Positions 1-9,980 of a stretch of 59,846 bases of DNA are shown here, piece by piece. Origin of the DNA: an uncultured Clostridia bacterium (lineage in GTDB: Bacteria; Bacillota; Clostridia; TANB77; CAG-508); NCBI GenBank assembly GCA_944390405.1, contig CALXPS010000005.1:1-59846 (forward strand), read 5' to 3'. Position 1 is the first letter of the stretch. Every line of letters starts with the position of its first letter. The translations under genes and the position numbers were made by a program. The notes under the pieces are model-generated. The model did no database searches and had not been told where the DNA came from. It worked only from the letters and a program-made list of their open reading frames with translations.

Positions 1-2
1 TA

Positions 3-207
3 TCATACAATGACAAAGTAAAAAACATATACGACCTAGAAGGAAACGTAAGAACATGGACTACAGAGGCCTACTCTACCTTTTGCAGGGTCAGCAGAGG
101 CCGGCGATTGCTACAACAGCTTTTCAGCAAGTTTTCGCTACAACAACATTCCGAGCAGTACCTACACCAATTACGGTTCTAGCCTCCAGCTTTACGTAGA
201 TCTGTAA
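3..207 (+). CDS. 3' end of an FGE/SUMF1-like domain protein (5' end lies outside the window); reading frame switches +1 at CGG 102-104
   Basis: Frame 3 reads ...YDLEGNVRTWTTEAYSTFCRVSRG, then nonsense to a stop at 180-182. The +1 frame from 103 reads GDCYNSFSASFRYNNIPSSTYTNYGSSLQLYVDL* (stop 205-207). Joined, this resembles the GNVxEWT...RVxRGG...G(F/S)xLxLY C-terminus of formylglycine-generating-enzyme-like domains. The segment is visibly more GC-rich than the rest of the window. Confidence 0.4.
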
Positions 208-290
208 GCTAATAGCGAGTAAGTACTTTCTTGTACTTAAGTAGTGGCAGGGTAAGGCGTTCGAATACCAAAAAATATTTCGTTTTTGGG

Positions 291-319
291 TTGACAATGA
301 TAGGGAAATATGGTAAAAT
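291..319 (+). promoter_or_regulatory. sigma-A type promoter for rplU-rpmA
   Basis: TTGACA at 291-296, a 17-nt spacer, then TGgTAAAAT (extended -10, TAAAAT at 314-319). Confidence 0.5.
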
Positions 320-325
320 ATTAAT

Positions 326-400
326 TCGTAAGCCGCTTAAGTTAGGTATTAAAAGCTTATATGCTACCTAAAATTTCACTTAGCGAGTATTTAAAAGAAA
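326..400 (+). promoter_or_regulatory. candidate ribosomal protein L21 leader (structured 5' UTR)
   Basis: Nested helices upstream of rplU: CGCTTAAGT pairs with ACTTAGCG and TAGGTA pairs with TACCTA. The position matches the L21 leader known upstream of rplU operons in Firmicutes. Not verified by a covariance model. Confidence 0.35.
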
Positions 401-418
401 GAAGAGGTGCTTTTCAAG

Positions 419-835
419 ATGTATGCAATAATAGAAGCTTGCGGGAAGCAATACAAAGTAGTAGAAGGAGATGTAGTATTCTTTGAAAAGTTAGATGCAG
501 AAGAAGGAAAAAAAGTTAACTTTGATAAAGTAATTCTAGTATCTGATGAAAAAGAAGTAAAAGTAGGAAATCCTTACGTAAAAGGTGTGAAAGTTGAAGG
601 AAAAGTAGTAGCACATGGAAAGGGTAAGAAAATAATAGTTTTCAAAATGAAGCCTAAAAAGAATGAAAGAACAAAGCAAGGACATAGACAACCTTATACT
701 AAAGTTGAAATAACAGCTATTAAAACACCTGCTGCAAAAACAGAAAAAACAGCAGAGAAAAAAGAAGAAAAAGCTGAAGTAGCAGAAAAGAAAACAACAA
801 CTAAAAAAGCTACAACAAAAAAAGTAGAAGCATAA
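419..835 (+). CDS. rplU: 50S ribosomal protein bL21 with a ~40-aa Lys/Glu/Thr/Ala-rich C-terminal extension
   Basis: [25 protein letters not shown]...[21 protein letters not shown] is canonical bL21. ATG 419 is preferred over the track start at 407, which overlaps the AGAGG RBS (403-407). The tail is [36 protein letters not shown]. Confidence 0.95.
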   Translation: MYAIIEACGKQYKVVEGDVVFFEKLDAEEGKKVNFDKVILVSDEKEVKVGNPYVKGVKVEGKVVAHGKGKKIIVFKMKPKKNERTKQGHRQPYTKVEITAIKTPAAKTEKTAEKKEEKAEVAEKKTTTKKATTKKVEA

Positions 836-877
836 TAAAATAAGGTTGAAAAAGAATAAAAAAGGAGTTGAGATTAA

Positions 878-1141
878 ATGGCACATAAAAAAGGTCAAGG
901 TAGTGTTAAAAACGGTCGTGATAGCGAGTCAAAACGTTTAGGTATAAAAAGAGCAGACGGACAATTTGTTCTTGCAGGTAATATATTAGTAAGACAAAGA
1001 GGAACAAAAATGTACCCAGGTAATAATGTAGATATCGGTAGTGATGACACATTATTTGCTTTAATAGATGGAACTGTAAAATATGAAAGAAAAGGTAAAG
1101 ACAAAAAACAAGTAAGTGTTTACCCAGTAGAATCTAAGTAA
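878..1141 (+). CDS. rpmA: 50S ribosomal protein bL27, starting directly at the mature AHKKG N-terminus
   Basis: [25 protein letters not shown]...RQRGTK is canonical bL27. RBS is AAGGAG upstream. No N-terminal propeptide is present. Confidence 0.95.
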   Translation: MAHKKGQGSVKNGRDSESKRLGIKRADGQFVLAGNILVRQRGTKMYPGNNVDIGSDDTLFALIDGTVKYERKGKDKKQVSVYPVESK

Positions 1142-1145
1142 TTTA

Positions 1146-1199
1146 AAAAGGGGCGTAATCGGTAAGTAATACCTTTGTTAATACCGTTTACGCCTTTTA
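1146..1199 (+). terminator. intrinsic terminator after rpmA
   Basis: AAAAGGGGCGTAA...TTACGCCTTTT outer stem with an inner CGGTA/TACCG helix, followed by a T-rich tract. Confidence 0.6.
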
Positions 1200-1225
1200 T
1201 ATTTATTAATAGGAGATGATTTATT

Positions 1226-2218
1226 ATGAGCAAAAAAATTATCTTAAGTGGAATTCAAGCTACAGGAAAGTTAACTTTAGGAAATTATTTAGGAGCAATA
1301 GATAATTGGGTAAAAATGCAAGAAGAATATGAATGTTATTATATGATTGCAAATTTACATTCACTAACAGTAAGAAATGATCCAGAAACATTAAGAAATA
1401 ATACATTAAAAATACTAGCAATATACATTGCAGCAGGTTTAGACCCAGATAAAAATACAATATTTATACAATCACAAGTGAAAGAACATGCAGAACTTGG
1501 CTGGATTTTAGATTGTTATACATATATGGGAGAACTTTCAAGAATGACACAATTCAAGGATAAAGCTACAAAACATGCAGATAATATAAATGCAGGACTA
1601 TTTACATATCCAGCACTTATGGCAGCAGATATATTATTATATCAAGCTAATTTAGTTCCAGTTGGGGAAGACCAAATGCAACATTTAGAAATAACACGAG
1701 ATATAGCAGAAAGATTTAATAATTTATATGGTGAGACTTTTGTAATTCCAGAAGGATATGTAAGAAAAGCTAGTAAAAGAATTATGGGATTACAAGATCC
1801 AACAAGTAAAATGAGTAAAAGTGCTACTAATTTAAATGATGTAATTTTTTTAGAAGATGAGCCAGAAGTAATATTAAAGAAATTTAAAAAAGCAGTAACA
1901 GACTCTGAAAATATAATAAAATTTGACTTAGAAAATAAACCAGGTGTAAGTAATTTAATGCAAATATATGGTTCAATAACTTCTAAAACTATGGAAGAAA
2001 TAGAAAAAGAATTTGAAGGTTCTGGATATGGAAATTTTAAAACAAAGGTAGCAGAGGCAGTAATTCAAAAACTAGAACCAATTCAAATAAAATATAAAGA
2101 ACTTTTAAATAATCCAGAATATTTAGAAAAAATATATACAAAAGGTGCGGAAAATGCAAGGAAATTAGCATCAAAAACATTAAATAGTGTTAAAGAAAAA
2201 ATTGGAATTATTGTATAA
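1226..2218 (+). CDS. trpS: tryptophan--tRNA ligase
   Basis: 330 aa. N-terminal SGIQATGKLTLGNYLGA (HIGH-type region), a KMSKS motif (TSKMSKSA) and class Ic TrpRS length. Confidence 0.93.
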   Translation: MSKKIILSGIQATGKLTLGNYLGAIDNWVKMQEEYECYYMIANLHSLTVRNDPETLRNNTLKILAIYIAAGLDPDKNTIFIQSQVKEHAELGWILDCYTYMGELSRMTQFKDKATKHADNINAGLFTYPALMAADILLYQANLVPVGEDQMQHLEITRDIAERFNNLYGETFVIPEGYVRKASKRIMGLQDPTSKMSKSATNLNDVIFLEDEPEVILKKFKKAVTDSENIIKFDLENKPGVSNLMQIYGSITSKTMEEIEKEFEGSGYGNFKTKVAEAVIQKLEPIQIKYKELLNNPEYLEKIYTKGAENARKLASKTLNSVKEKIGIIV

Positions 2219-2224
2219 TGTTAA

Positions 2225-3535
<1,311 letters not shown>

Positions 3536-3587
3536 ATAAAAATAACAAAAAAAACAAAATATTCATACTATATATTGGAGGTATAGT

Positions 3588-4004
3588 ATGAATATTTTAT
3601 TAATTTTCTTTGCATTACCTATAGCAGTAATCATAGTGTCAGCAATTCTTGAAAAACTACTTAAATGTCCTATCGCGGTGGCTAGTTTAATATTTGCTAT
3701 TTTCTTAGTAGTAACATTTGCAGTATTTGAAGTAACATTCTTAATAGCAACACTTGTATATACCATTATTGCATTTATAACGGCAGTAATTGTTCATCTA
3801 TTTAAAAAAAGAGAGAGAGAAGAACATAATATATGTGATTTATTAGAAAATTTACTTCGCAATAATAATATAATTAGGACTGGAAACATTGAAAACACAG
3901 AAAATGTATGCGAAACGGTAGCAGATTTACTAACTAGCAATAATACAAATAATGGAAATAAGAGTAATAGTAATTGTTGTTGCAATAGGCATAGAAGAAG
4001 ATGA
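3588..4004 (+). CDS. small membrane protein (about 3 TM helices) with an Asn-rich, Cys/Arg-ended tail; function unknown
   Basis: Hydrophobic N-terminal 70 aa, then a polar tail ending NSNCCCNRHRRR. RBS is GGAGG upstream. Confidence 0.55.
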   Translation: MNILLIFFALPIAVIIVSAILEKLLKCPIAVASLIFAIFLVVTFAVFEVTFLIATLVYTIIAFITAVIVHLFKKREREEHNICDLLENLLRNNNIIRTGNIENTENVCETVADLLTSNNTNNGNKSNSNCCCNRHRRR

Positions 4005-4009
4005 AAAAA

Positions 4010-4058
4010 ATGTTACAAAAATGTAATATTTGTGTAACATAAATGTAATATTACAAAT
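4010..4058 (+). promoter_or_regulatory. operator-like repeats upstream of nrdDG (possible NrdR boxes)
   Basis: Inverted repeat ATGTTACA-N15-TGTAACAT, direct repeat AAATGTAATATT x2, and a perfect 12-bp palindrome TGTAATATTACA. They sit just upstream of a TTGACT-17-TAAAAT promoter (4071-4099). Confidence 0.25.
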
Positions 4059-4301
4059 TCCTATTTTATATTGACTTTAATTTATTATTAATATAAAATA
4101 GGAATACAATTTAAGAAAGACATAAAATTTGCACTAAAGATTTTTTGTTCAAAACCTATCAAAGTCTCTTGGTTGTAGTTATGTGGCGTTTCTACAATTT
4201 CCCGAAACAATAGTAGGTATATTATTTTAAATACAAAAGCAACAGTAAAAGTATAACAAATGAAGTTAATTTAAGTAAAACATAAAGGGGAGAGATGAAT
4301 T

Positions 4302-6578
4302 ATGCAAGTTATTAAAAGAGATGGAAGAATAACAGAATTTAATGAAGAAAGAATTATTAAGGCAATTACCTTAGCTATGTCACATACAGCAGGAGGTGTA
4401 GACATAGATTTAGCTACTAGAATAGCAGATAGTGTTAGAAATCAAATAAAGGACAAAATTCAAGTATCTGTTTATGAAATTCAAGATTTAGTTGAAAAGA
4501 AATTGATGGGTTCATCAAGAAAAGAAGTAGCACAAGAGTATATTACATATAGATACAATAGAGATGTAGCTAGAAAAGCAAAGTCAAAAGATATGTTCCT
4601 AGAAATTATAGAAACAAAATCCAACGATGTAACTCGTGAAAACGCGAATATGAATGCAGATACCCCAGCTGGAATGATGATGAAATTTGCAAGCGAAACA
4701 ACAAAACCATTTGTGGATGATTTCTTATTATCTAACGAAGCAAGAAAAGCAGTAAAAGATGGTTACATTCATATACATGATAAAGATTATTACCCAACAA
4801 AAAGCTTAACTTGTATACAACATCCATTAGATAAAATATTATCACATGGATTTAGAGCAGGTCATGGAAGTTCAAGACCAGCTAAAAGAATAGAAACAGC
4901 AAGCATTATCGGCTGTATATCATTAGAAACAGTACAAAATGAAATGCATGGTGGACAAGCAATACCAGCATTTGACTATTATTTAGCACCATTTGTAAGA
5001 TTAACATATAAAGAAGAAGTTAAGAAAATAGAAAAAATAATTGACCAAGATTTATCTAAATTATATGATTATAAAATAGATGATTATATAAAAGCAGACA
5101 CAAAAGATTTAAAAGGAGATAAAAAATATGTACAACTTGCAATAAACAATACTGTAGATAGAGTACATCAATCAATGGAAGCCTTTATACATAATATGAA
5201 TACAATTCACTCAAGAGGAGGAAATCAAGTTGTATTTAGTTCAATAAACTATGGAACAGATGATTCACCAGAGGGAAGATGTATTATAAGAGAAATGTTA
5301 TTATCAACAGAAAGAGGAGTTGGAAATGGTGAAACACCAATATTCCCAATTCAGATATGGAAAAAGAAAAGAGGAGTAAATTATTTACCAGAAGATAGAA
5401 ACTATGACTTATATAAATTAGCATGTAAAGTATCAGCAAAAAGATTTTTCCCAAATTTCTTAAACTTAGATGCATCATTTAATCAACATGAAAAATGGAA
5501 AGCTGATGACCCAAATAGATATTATTATGAAGTGGCAACAATGGGTTGTAGAACAAGAGTATTTGCAAATAGACATGGAGAAAAAACATCAGTAGGAAGA
5601 GGAAATCTATCATTTACAACAGTAAATTTAGTAAAAATAGCAATAGAATCAGCAAAAGAAGCTCAAGCAAATTTAAGAATGAATTTTGAACTTGGAAAAG
5701 ACAGTGAAAAATATATGACAGAAAAATATAATAAAGAAGTTAAAAAGATTTTCTTAAACAAACTAGAAACATATACAGATATTGCAGCAAGACAATTATA
5801 TGATAGGTATAAATTTCAATGTACTGCAGAAGCAAAACAATTCCCACTATTAATGTCTGGATTATGGCAAGACAGCGAAAAGCTACGTCCATCAGACAAA
5901 GTAGAAGATGTTTTAAAACATGGAACATTGAGTATAGGTTTTATAGGCTTAGCAGAATGTTTAATTGCACTTACAGGAAAACATCATGCAGAATCAGAAA
6001 AATCTCAAAAACTAGGAATAGAGATTATAACACAAATGAAAGACGCATGTGATAGATATTCAGAAAGATATGATTTAAATTACACATTACTTGGAACACC
6101 TGCAGAAGGATTGGCAGGAAGATTTACAAAAATGGATAGAAAAGAATTTGGAACAATTATAGGAGTAACAGATAGAGATTATTATACAAATAGTAATCAT
6201 GTTCCAGTATGGTATAAATGTACAGCTGAACAAAAAGCAAAAATAGAAGCTCCATACCATAAACTAACAAATGCAGGTCATATATTCTATATAGAATTAG
6301 ATGGCGATGCTACACATAATCCAGAAACAGTAGAAGCAGTAGTAGATTTAATGGATAAATATGATATGGGATATGGTTCAATAAATCATACAAGATCAAG
6401 ATGTTTAGACTGTGGTTTTGAAAATGCAGATGCAGACTTAAAAGAATGTCCAATTTGTCATAGTGAAAACATAGATACTATACAAAGAATAACAGGATAT
6501 TTAGTTGGTACAACATCACGTTGGAATAAAGGAAAATTAGCAGAATTACATGACAGAGTTACACATGGAAAAAATTAA
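4302..6578 (+). CDS. nrdD: anaerobic ribonucleoside-triphosphate reductase (class III)
   Basis: N-terminal ATP-cone (MQVIKRDGRITEFNEERI), C-terminal Zn ribbon CLDCGF...CPICH and glycyl-radical motif RITGYLVG. Confidence 0.93.
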   Translation: MQVIKRDGRITEFNEERIIKAITLAMSHTAGGVDIDLATRIADSVRNQIKDKIQVSVYEIQDLVEKKLMGSSRKEVAQEYITYRYNRDVARKAKSKDMFLEIIETKSNDVTRENANMNADTPAGMMMKFASETTKPFVDDFLLSNEARKAVKDGYIHIHDKDYYPTKSLTCIQHPLDKILSHGFRAGHGSSRPAKRIETASIIGCISLETVQNEMHGGQAIPAFDYYLAPFVRLTYKEEVKKIEKIIDQDLSKLYDYKIDDYIKADTKDLKGDKKYVQLAINNTVDRVHQSMEAFIHNMNTIHSRGGNQVVFSSINYGTDDSPEGRCIIREMLLSTERGVGNGETPIFPIQIWKKKRGVNYLPEDRNYDLYKLACKVSAKRFFPNFLNLDASFNQHEKWKADDPNRYYYEVATMGCRTRVFANRHGEKTSVGRGNLSFTTVNLVKIAIESAKEAQANLRMNFELGKDSEKYMTEKYNKEVKKIFLNKLETYTDIAARQLYDRYKFQCTAEAKQFPLLMSGLWQDSEKLRPSDKVEDVLKHGTLSIGFIGLAECLIALTGKHHAESEKSQKLGIEIITQMKDACDRYSERYDLNYTLLGTPAEGLAGRFTKMDRKEFGTIIGVTDRDYYTNSNHVPVWYKCTAEQKAKIEAPYHKLTNAGHIFYIELDGDATHNPETVEAVVDLMDKYDMGYGSINHTRSRCLDCGFENADADLKECPICHSENIDTIQRITGYLVGTTSRWNKGKLAELHDRVTHGKN

Positions 6579-6644
6579 TGAAAGCAACTGGCGACGAAAA
6601 AATAGTCGCCAGTTAAGTATAGAGTATTACAAGAGGTGTTTTTG

Positions 6645-7148
6645 GTGAAAATAGCAGGATTTTATGATGAAAGCATATCAAATGGAGAAGGATGGCGAGC
6701 AGTTTTATTTGTAAGTGGATGCCCTCATAATTGCCCAGGATGCCATAATAAAGAAGCACAAGATTTCAATTATGGACAAGAATTTAATGAACAAGAAATA
6801 TTAGATAAAATAAAAGAAAATTCAATATTAAAGGGCATAACTATAAGTGGTGGAGAACCATTATGTAAAGAAAATATAAATGAAGTACATAAATTCATAA
6901 AAGATGTAAAAGCAATAAAACCTAATTTTGATATTTGGTGCTATTCTGGTTATACTATGGATGAACTATTAGCAAGAAATGATGAAGATACTAATAAATG
7001 TCTTAATGATATTGATGTATTAGTTGATGGAGAATTTAAAATTGATAAAAAAGATCCAACATTAAAATTTAGAGGCTCATCTAATCAAAGAATATTAGAT
7101 GTTAAAAACAGTTTAAAAACACATCAATTCATAGAATATAAAATTTAA
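6645..7148 (+). CDS. nrdG: anaerobic ribonucleotide reductase activating protein (radical SAM)
   Basis: Cluster motif CPHNCPGCHN and GGEP. The GTG at 6645, 6 nt after AGAGGTG, is preferred over the track start at 6636, which overlaps the RBS. Confidence 0.88.
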   Translation: MKIAGFYDESISNGEGWRAVLFVSGCPHNCPGCHNKEAQDFNYGQEFNEQEILDKIKENSILKGITISGGEPLCKENINEVHKFIKDVKAIKPNFDIWCYSGYTMDELLARNDEDTNKCLNDIDVLVDGEFKIDKKDPTLKFRGSSNQRILDVKNSLKTHQFIEYKI

Positions 7149-7266
7149 TTTGTTTTTAAGATTAATTTAATATATCTTTAATAAAATATAAGAAAATTTA
7201 ACTTTATTTTATGGTAAAATTTTGCATTTTCCTATAAAATAAAACATGTAAGAAAGGATTGAAATT

Positions 7267-8313
7267 ATGGAAGAAGAACAAAAAAAAGAAAAAAAATTTA
7301 TAACAAAGGAAAGAAGTATCTCTGCAATCATTGGTTTAGTAATAGGGATAGCATTAACCTGTTTAGTGGCATTTTGTATGGATTATTTTGCTAAATCAGC
7401 AGGAATTGCAAAATTAAAATATGGAGATGAAACTTTAGCAACTGTTGCTGGAAAATCAATAAGTACAGGTACAATTTATGAAAAAGCCAAAAAAACACAA
7501 GGTTTAACTTTATTAATAAGTGAAGTAGATAAAGCAATTTTAAATGATATGTATGAATTAACAGAAAAAGAAGAAGAAGAAGTTAAAGAAGAAGCAGATT
7601 ACTATATTGAATATTATGGTGCATTAGGATATTCAGAAGAAGATTTTTTAACAGGAAATGGTTTTGCTAATTATGATGAATTTTTAGATGATATTAGAGC
7701 AAATAAAAAATCTACTAAATATTTGTATGATTATTTAGAAGAAAAATTAGAACCAGGAGCTGTTCAAAAATATTATGATGAAAATAAAGATAATATAGAA
7801 ACATATGATTCAGAACATATATTAGTTAAAGTATCAGATACTGTAACAGATGAACAGGCATTAGCATTAGCAAATGAAATAATAGGTAAATTAAATGAAG
7901 GAAAAACATTTGATGAAATAGTAGAAGAATATGGAGACCGAATTACACATGAAGAACTAGGATATCAAGGAAAAACTGCAAGTTTAGAACAAGCATATAT
8001 AGATGAATTAGTAGCTTTACAAGATGGAGAATATAGTAAAACACCAATAAAAACTTCATATGGATATCATATAGTTCATAAATTAGCAACATCAACATTT
8101 GAAGATTTAAGGGGAACAATAATTGAAACATTATCAGAAGACCTTATGACAGCAGATAGTAATTTAATGTATAAAGCATTTGTTGAATTAAGAAAAGAGA
8201 AAAATTTAACAATATTTGATGAAGAACTAAAAGAACAATATGAAAAATATTGTGATAACTTATATAAAACAGAGGAAACAGAGACTGATACAAATACAGA
8301 AGCAGAGCAATAA
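7267..8313 (+). CDS. membrane-anchored parvulin-type peptidyl-prolyl isomerase (PrsA-like foldase)
   Basis: N-terminal TM anchor and a PpiC/parvulin domain (SEHILVKV...GYQGK...TSYGYHIVHKL). Confidence 0.8.
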   Translation: MEEEQKKEKKFITKERSISAIIGLVIGIALTCLVAFCMDYFAKSAGIAKLKYGDETLATVAGKSISTGTIYEKAKKTQGLTLLISEVDKAILNDMYELTEKEEEEVKEEADYYIEYYGALGYSEEDFLTGNGFANYDEFLDDIRANKKSTKYLYDYLEEKLEPGAVQKYYDENKDNIETYDSEHILVKVSDTVTDEQALALANEIIGKLNEGKTFDEIVEEYGDRITHEELGYQGKTASLEQAYIDELVALQDGEYSKTPIKTSYGYHIVHKLATSTFEDLRGTIIETLSEDLMTADSNLMYKAFVELRKEKNLTIFDEELKEQYEKYCDNLYKTEETETDTNTEAEQ

Positions 8314-8388
8314 TTAAGTAGAAATCTATATTTAGAGTTAAAAGCATATAGCCCGCGAAAAGCAGGAAATATATGCTTTTTCTCAAGC

Positions 8389-8530
8389 CCGCCCAATCTT
8401 ATCGGAGATTTTATATTTAGAATAAATTGAGCCCACGCCAGAGACGCCTAAGAAGCTTTTCGGGGGTCCTCAATTTATTCTAAATATAAAACTCCTGCGT
8501 TGGGCTAGTTTGTATTATCAATTAATTTTA
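8389..8530. repeat. intergenic palindromic repeat, family A, copy 1 (~140 bp, MITE/REP-like)
   Basis: Near-identical to 37010-37150. Internal long inverted repeat GGAGATTTTATATTTAGAATAAATTGAG / CTCAATTTATTCTAAATATAAAACTCC, with outer GCCCAA/TTGGGC pairing. Confidence 0.8.
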
Positions 8531-8562
8531 TTTAAATGGTGAGAGTGAATTAATTAAAGTAC

Positions 8563-8591
8563 TTGACAATATGAATAAAAACCTTTAAAAT
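8563..8591 (+). promoter_or_regulatory. sigma-A type promoter for rnpB
   Basis: TTGACA 8563-8568, a 17-nt spacer, TAAAAT 8586-8591. Confidence 0.5.
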
Positions 8592-8598
8592 AGAAAAA

Positions 8599-8998
8599 GA
8601 GCATATCGAACAGTCGCGTATAAAATTCGTAAGGATTTATATGAGGAAAGTCCGGGCTCCATAGAGCAAGGATGCTGGATAACGTCCAGTGAGGGAAACC
8701 TTAAGGAAAGTGCAACAGAAAATAACAGCCGTAACAGAGGTCAAAAATCGGATGTCAGAAATCAGACATCTGACATCCGATTTCTGACCTCTGTTACGGT
8801 AACGGTGAAAAGGTGAGGTAAGAGCTTACCGCCAATGTGGAGACACATTTGGGTCAATGTAAACCCCATCCGGAGCAACACCTAAAGAGAAGGTTAAGAC
8901 TGCTCGTCATCTTCTAAATTGGTGGCTTGAGGTATATAGTAATATATATCCTAGATAAATGGCTGTTCAAGACAGAACCCGGCTTATAGATATGCTCC
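8599..8998 (+). ncRNA. rnpB: RNase P RNA, bacterial type A
   Basis: Universal blocks GAGGAAAGTCCGGGCTCCATAGAGCAAGG, AGTGCAACAGAAA, GGTGAAAAGGTGAGGTAAGAGC, GTAAACCCCATCCGGAGCAA and ACAGAACCCGGCTTATA. P1 pairs GAGCATATC with GATATGCTC. P12 carries a 29-bp near-perfect helix (8729-8799). Confidence 0.92.
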
Positions 8999-9078
8999 AT
9001 TGTTTTATATAATGTAATAACTTTTTTAATTTTATTTTAAGTATTAAATTATAAAATTGGAAATGAAAGGAAAAAGTT

Positions 9079-9750
9079 ATGAAAGTTTTAATTATAGAAG
9101 ATGAAAAAGTATTATCAGATACAATAGCACAATGTATATGCAAAGAATTTCAAACAGAACAAGCATATGATGGATATGAAGGATATACATATGCAAAAGG
9201 AAATATTTATGATGCAATAATACTAGATTTAATGCTACCAGAAATGTCTGGATATGATGTTCTACTAAAATTAAGAGAAAATAAAATATACACTCCAGTT
9301 TTAATTTTAACAGCCAAAGACTCAATATCAGACAAGTTAAAAGGATTTAGATATGGAGCAGATGATTATTTAGTAAAACCATTTGAAGTAGAAGAATTAC
9401 TAGCAAGATTGAATGCTATAATAAGAAGAACAACTGGTAATTATAAAGAGGAATTGTTAGAATTTAAAGATTTGAAGATAAATACACAAAAACGAAATAT
9501 AACAATAAAAGATGAAGAAATAACTTTACAGGGAAAACAATTTGATATATTAGAATATTTAGTGACATCTAAAAATAAAATTTTAACAAAAGAACAGATA
9601 TTTGATAAAGTATGGAGCTTTAATTCATTCACAACAACAAATGTTGTAGAAGTATATACTAGTGAATTAAGAAAAGCTTTAAAAAAATATGGTTATGATA
9701 AATATATAAAAACAATAAGAGGAGTAGGATATATGTTATCTGAAAAATAA
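9079..9750 (+). CDS. OmpR/PhoB-family response regulator (no adjacent histidine kinase)
   Basis: Receiver domain (MKVLIIEDE...DLMLPEMSGYD...LTAKD) and a winged-helix C-terminus (IKTIRGVGYML). Confidence 0.9.
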   Translation: MKVLIIEDEKVLSDTIAQCICKEFQTEQAYDGYEGYTYAKGNIYDAIILDLMLPEMSGYDVLLKLRENKIYTPVLILTAKDSISDKLKGFRYGADDYLVKPFEVEELLARLNAIIRRTTGNYKEELLEFKDLKINTQKRNITIKDEEITLQGKQFDILEYLVTSKNKILTKEQIFDKVWSFNSFTTTNVVEVYTSELRKALKKYGYDKYIKTIRGVGYMLSEK

Positions 9751-9823
9751 TAGGCAATGACAGACAAGGACAGACACGTTTGTCTTTGCCTATTTTTGTT
9801 ACCATTCAGACCTAGAGACATAC

Positions 9824-9980
9824 AATCCGCAAAAAGCAGGAGTTATATGTTTTTTCTCAAGAAAAAATCAAAAGGTCAAGCGGGTCACGAGTTGAGCAGC
9901 AGGCTTTTTGATTATTTTCTTTCGAAAAGAACATATAATTCCTGCTTTTTGCTACAAAGTGCTATCAATTCTTTTAGAGT
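9824..9980. repeat. intergenic palindromic repeat, family B, copy 1
   Basis: About 155 bp, near-identical to 31044-31202. Long hairpin: GCAAAAAGCAGGAGTTATATGTTTTTTCTCAAG pairs with CGAAAAGAACATATAATTCCTGCTTTTTGC. The GC-rich loop is GGTCAAGCGGGTCACGAGTTGAGCAGCAGGC. Confidence 0.8.

Noticed and set aside
536-898. Antisense and low-complexity ORFs opposite strong sense genes (e.g. 536-898, 21407-21739, 29149-29622, 40974-41462, 49714-50226, 36567-36929)
   Set aside because: All overlap well-supported CDSs on the other strand. They consist of Phe/Leu/Ser/Ile-rich mirror translations of Lys/Glu-rich AT-biased genes, and none has an RBS.
1142-1225. T-box leaders upstream of trpS and alaS (37151-37248)
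   Set aside because: The leaders are under 100 nt. They contain only a terminator or a promoter, and they lack a specifier loop or a T-box sequence (AGAGA...GGTGGTACCGCG-like).
9079-9750. Orphan response regulator as part of a novel signalling system
   Set aside because: No partner gene lies nearby. Orphan OmpR-type regulators are common, and a repeat insertion downstream may simply have displaced or replaced the kinase.
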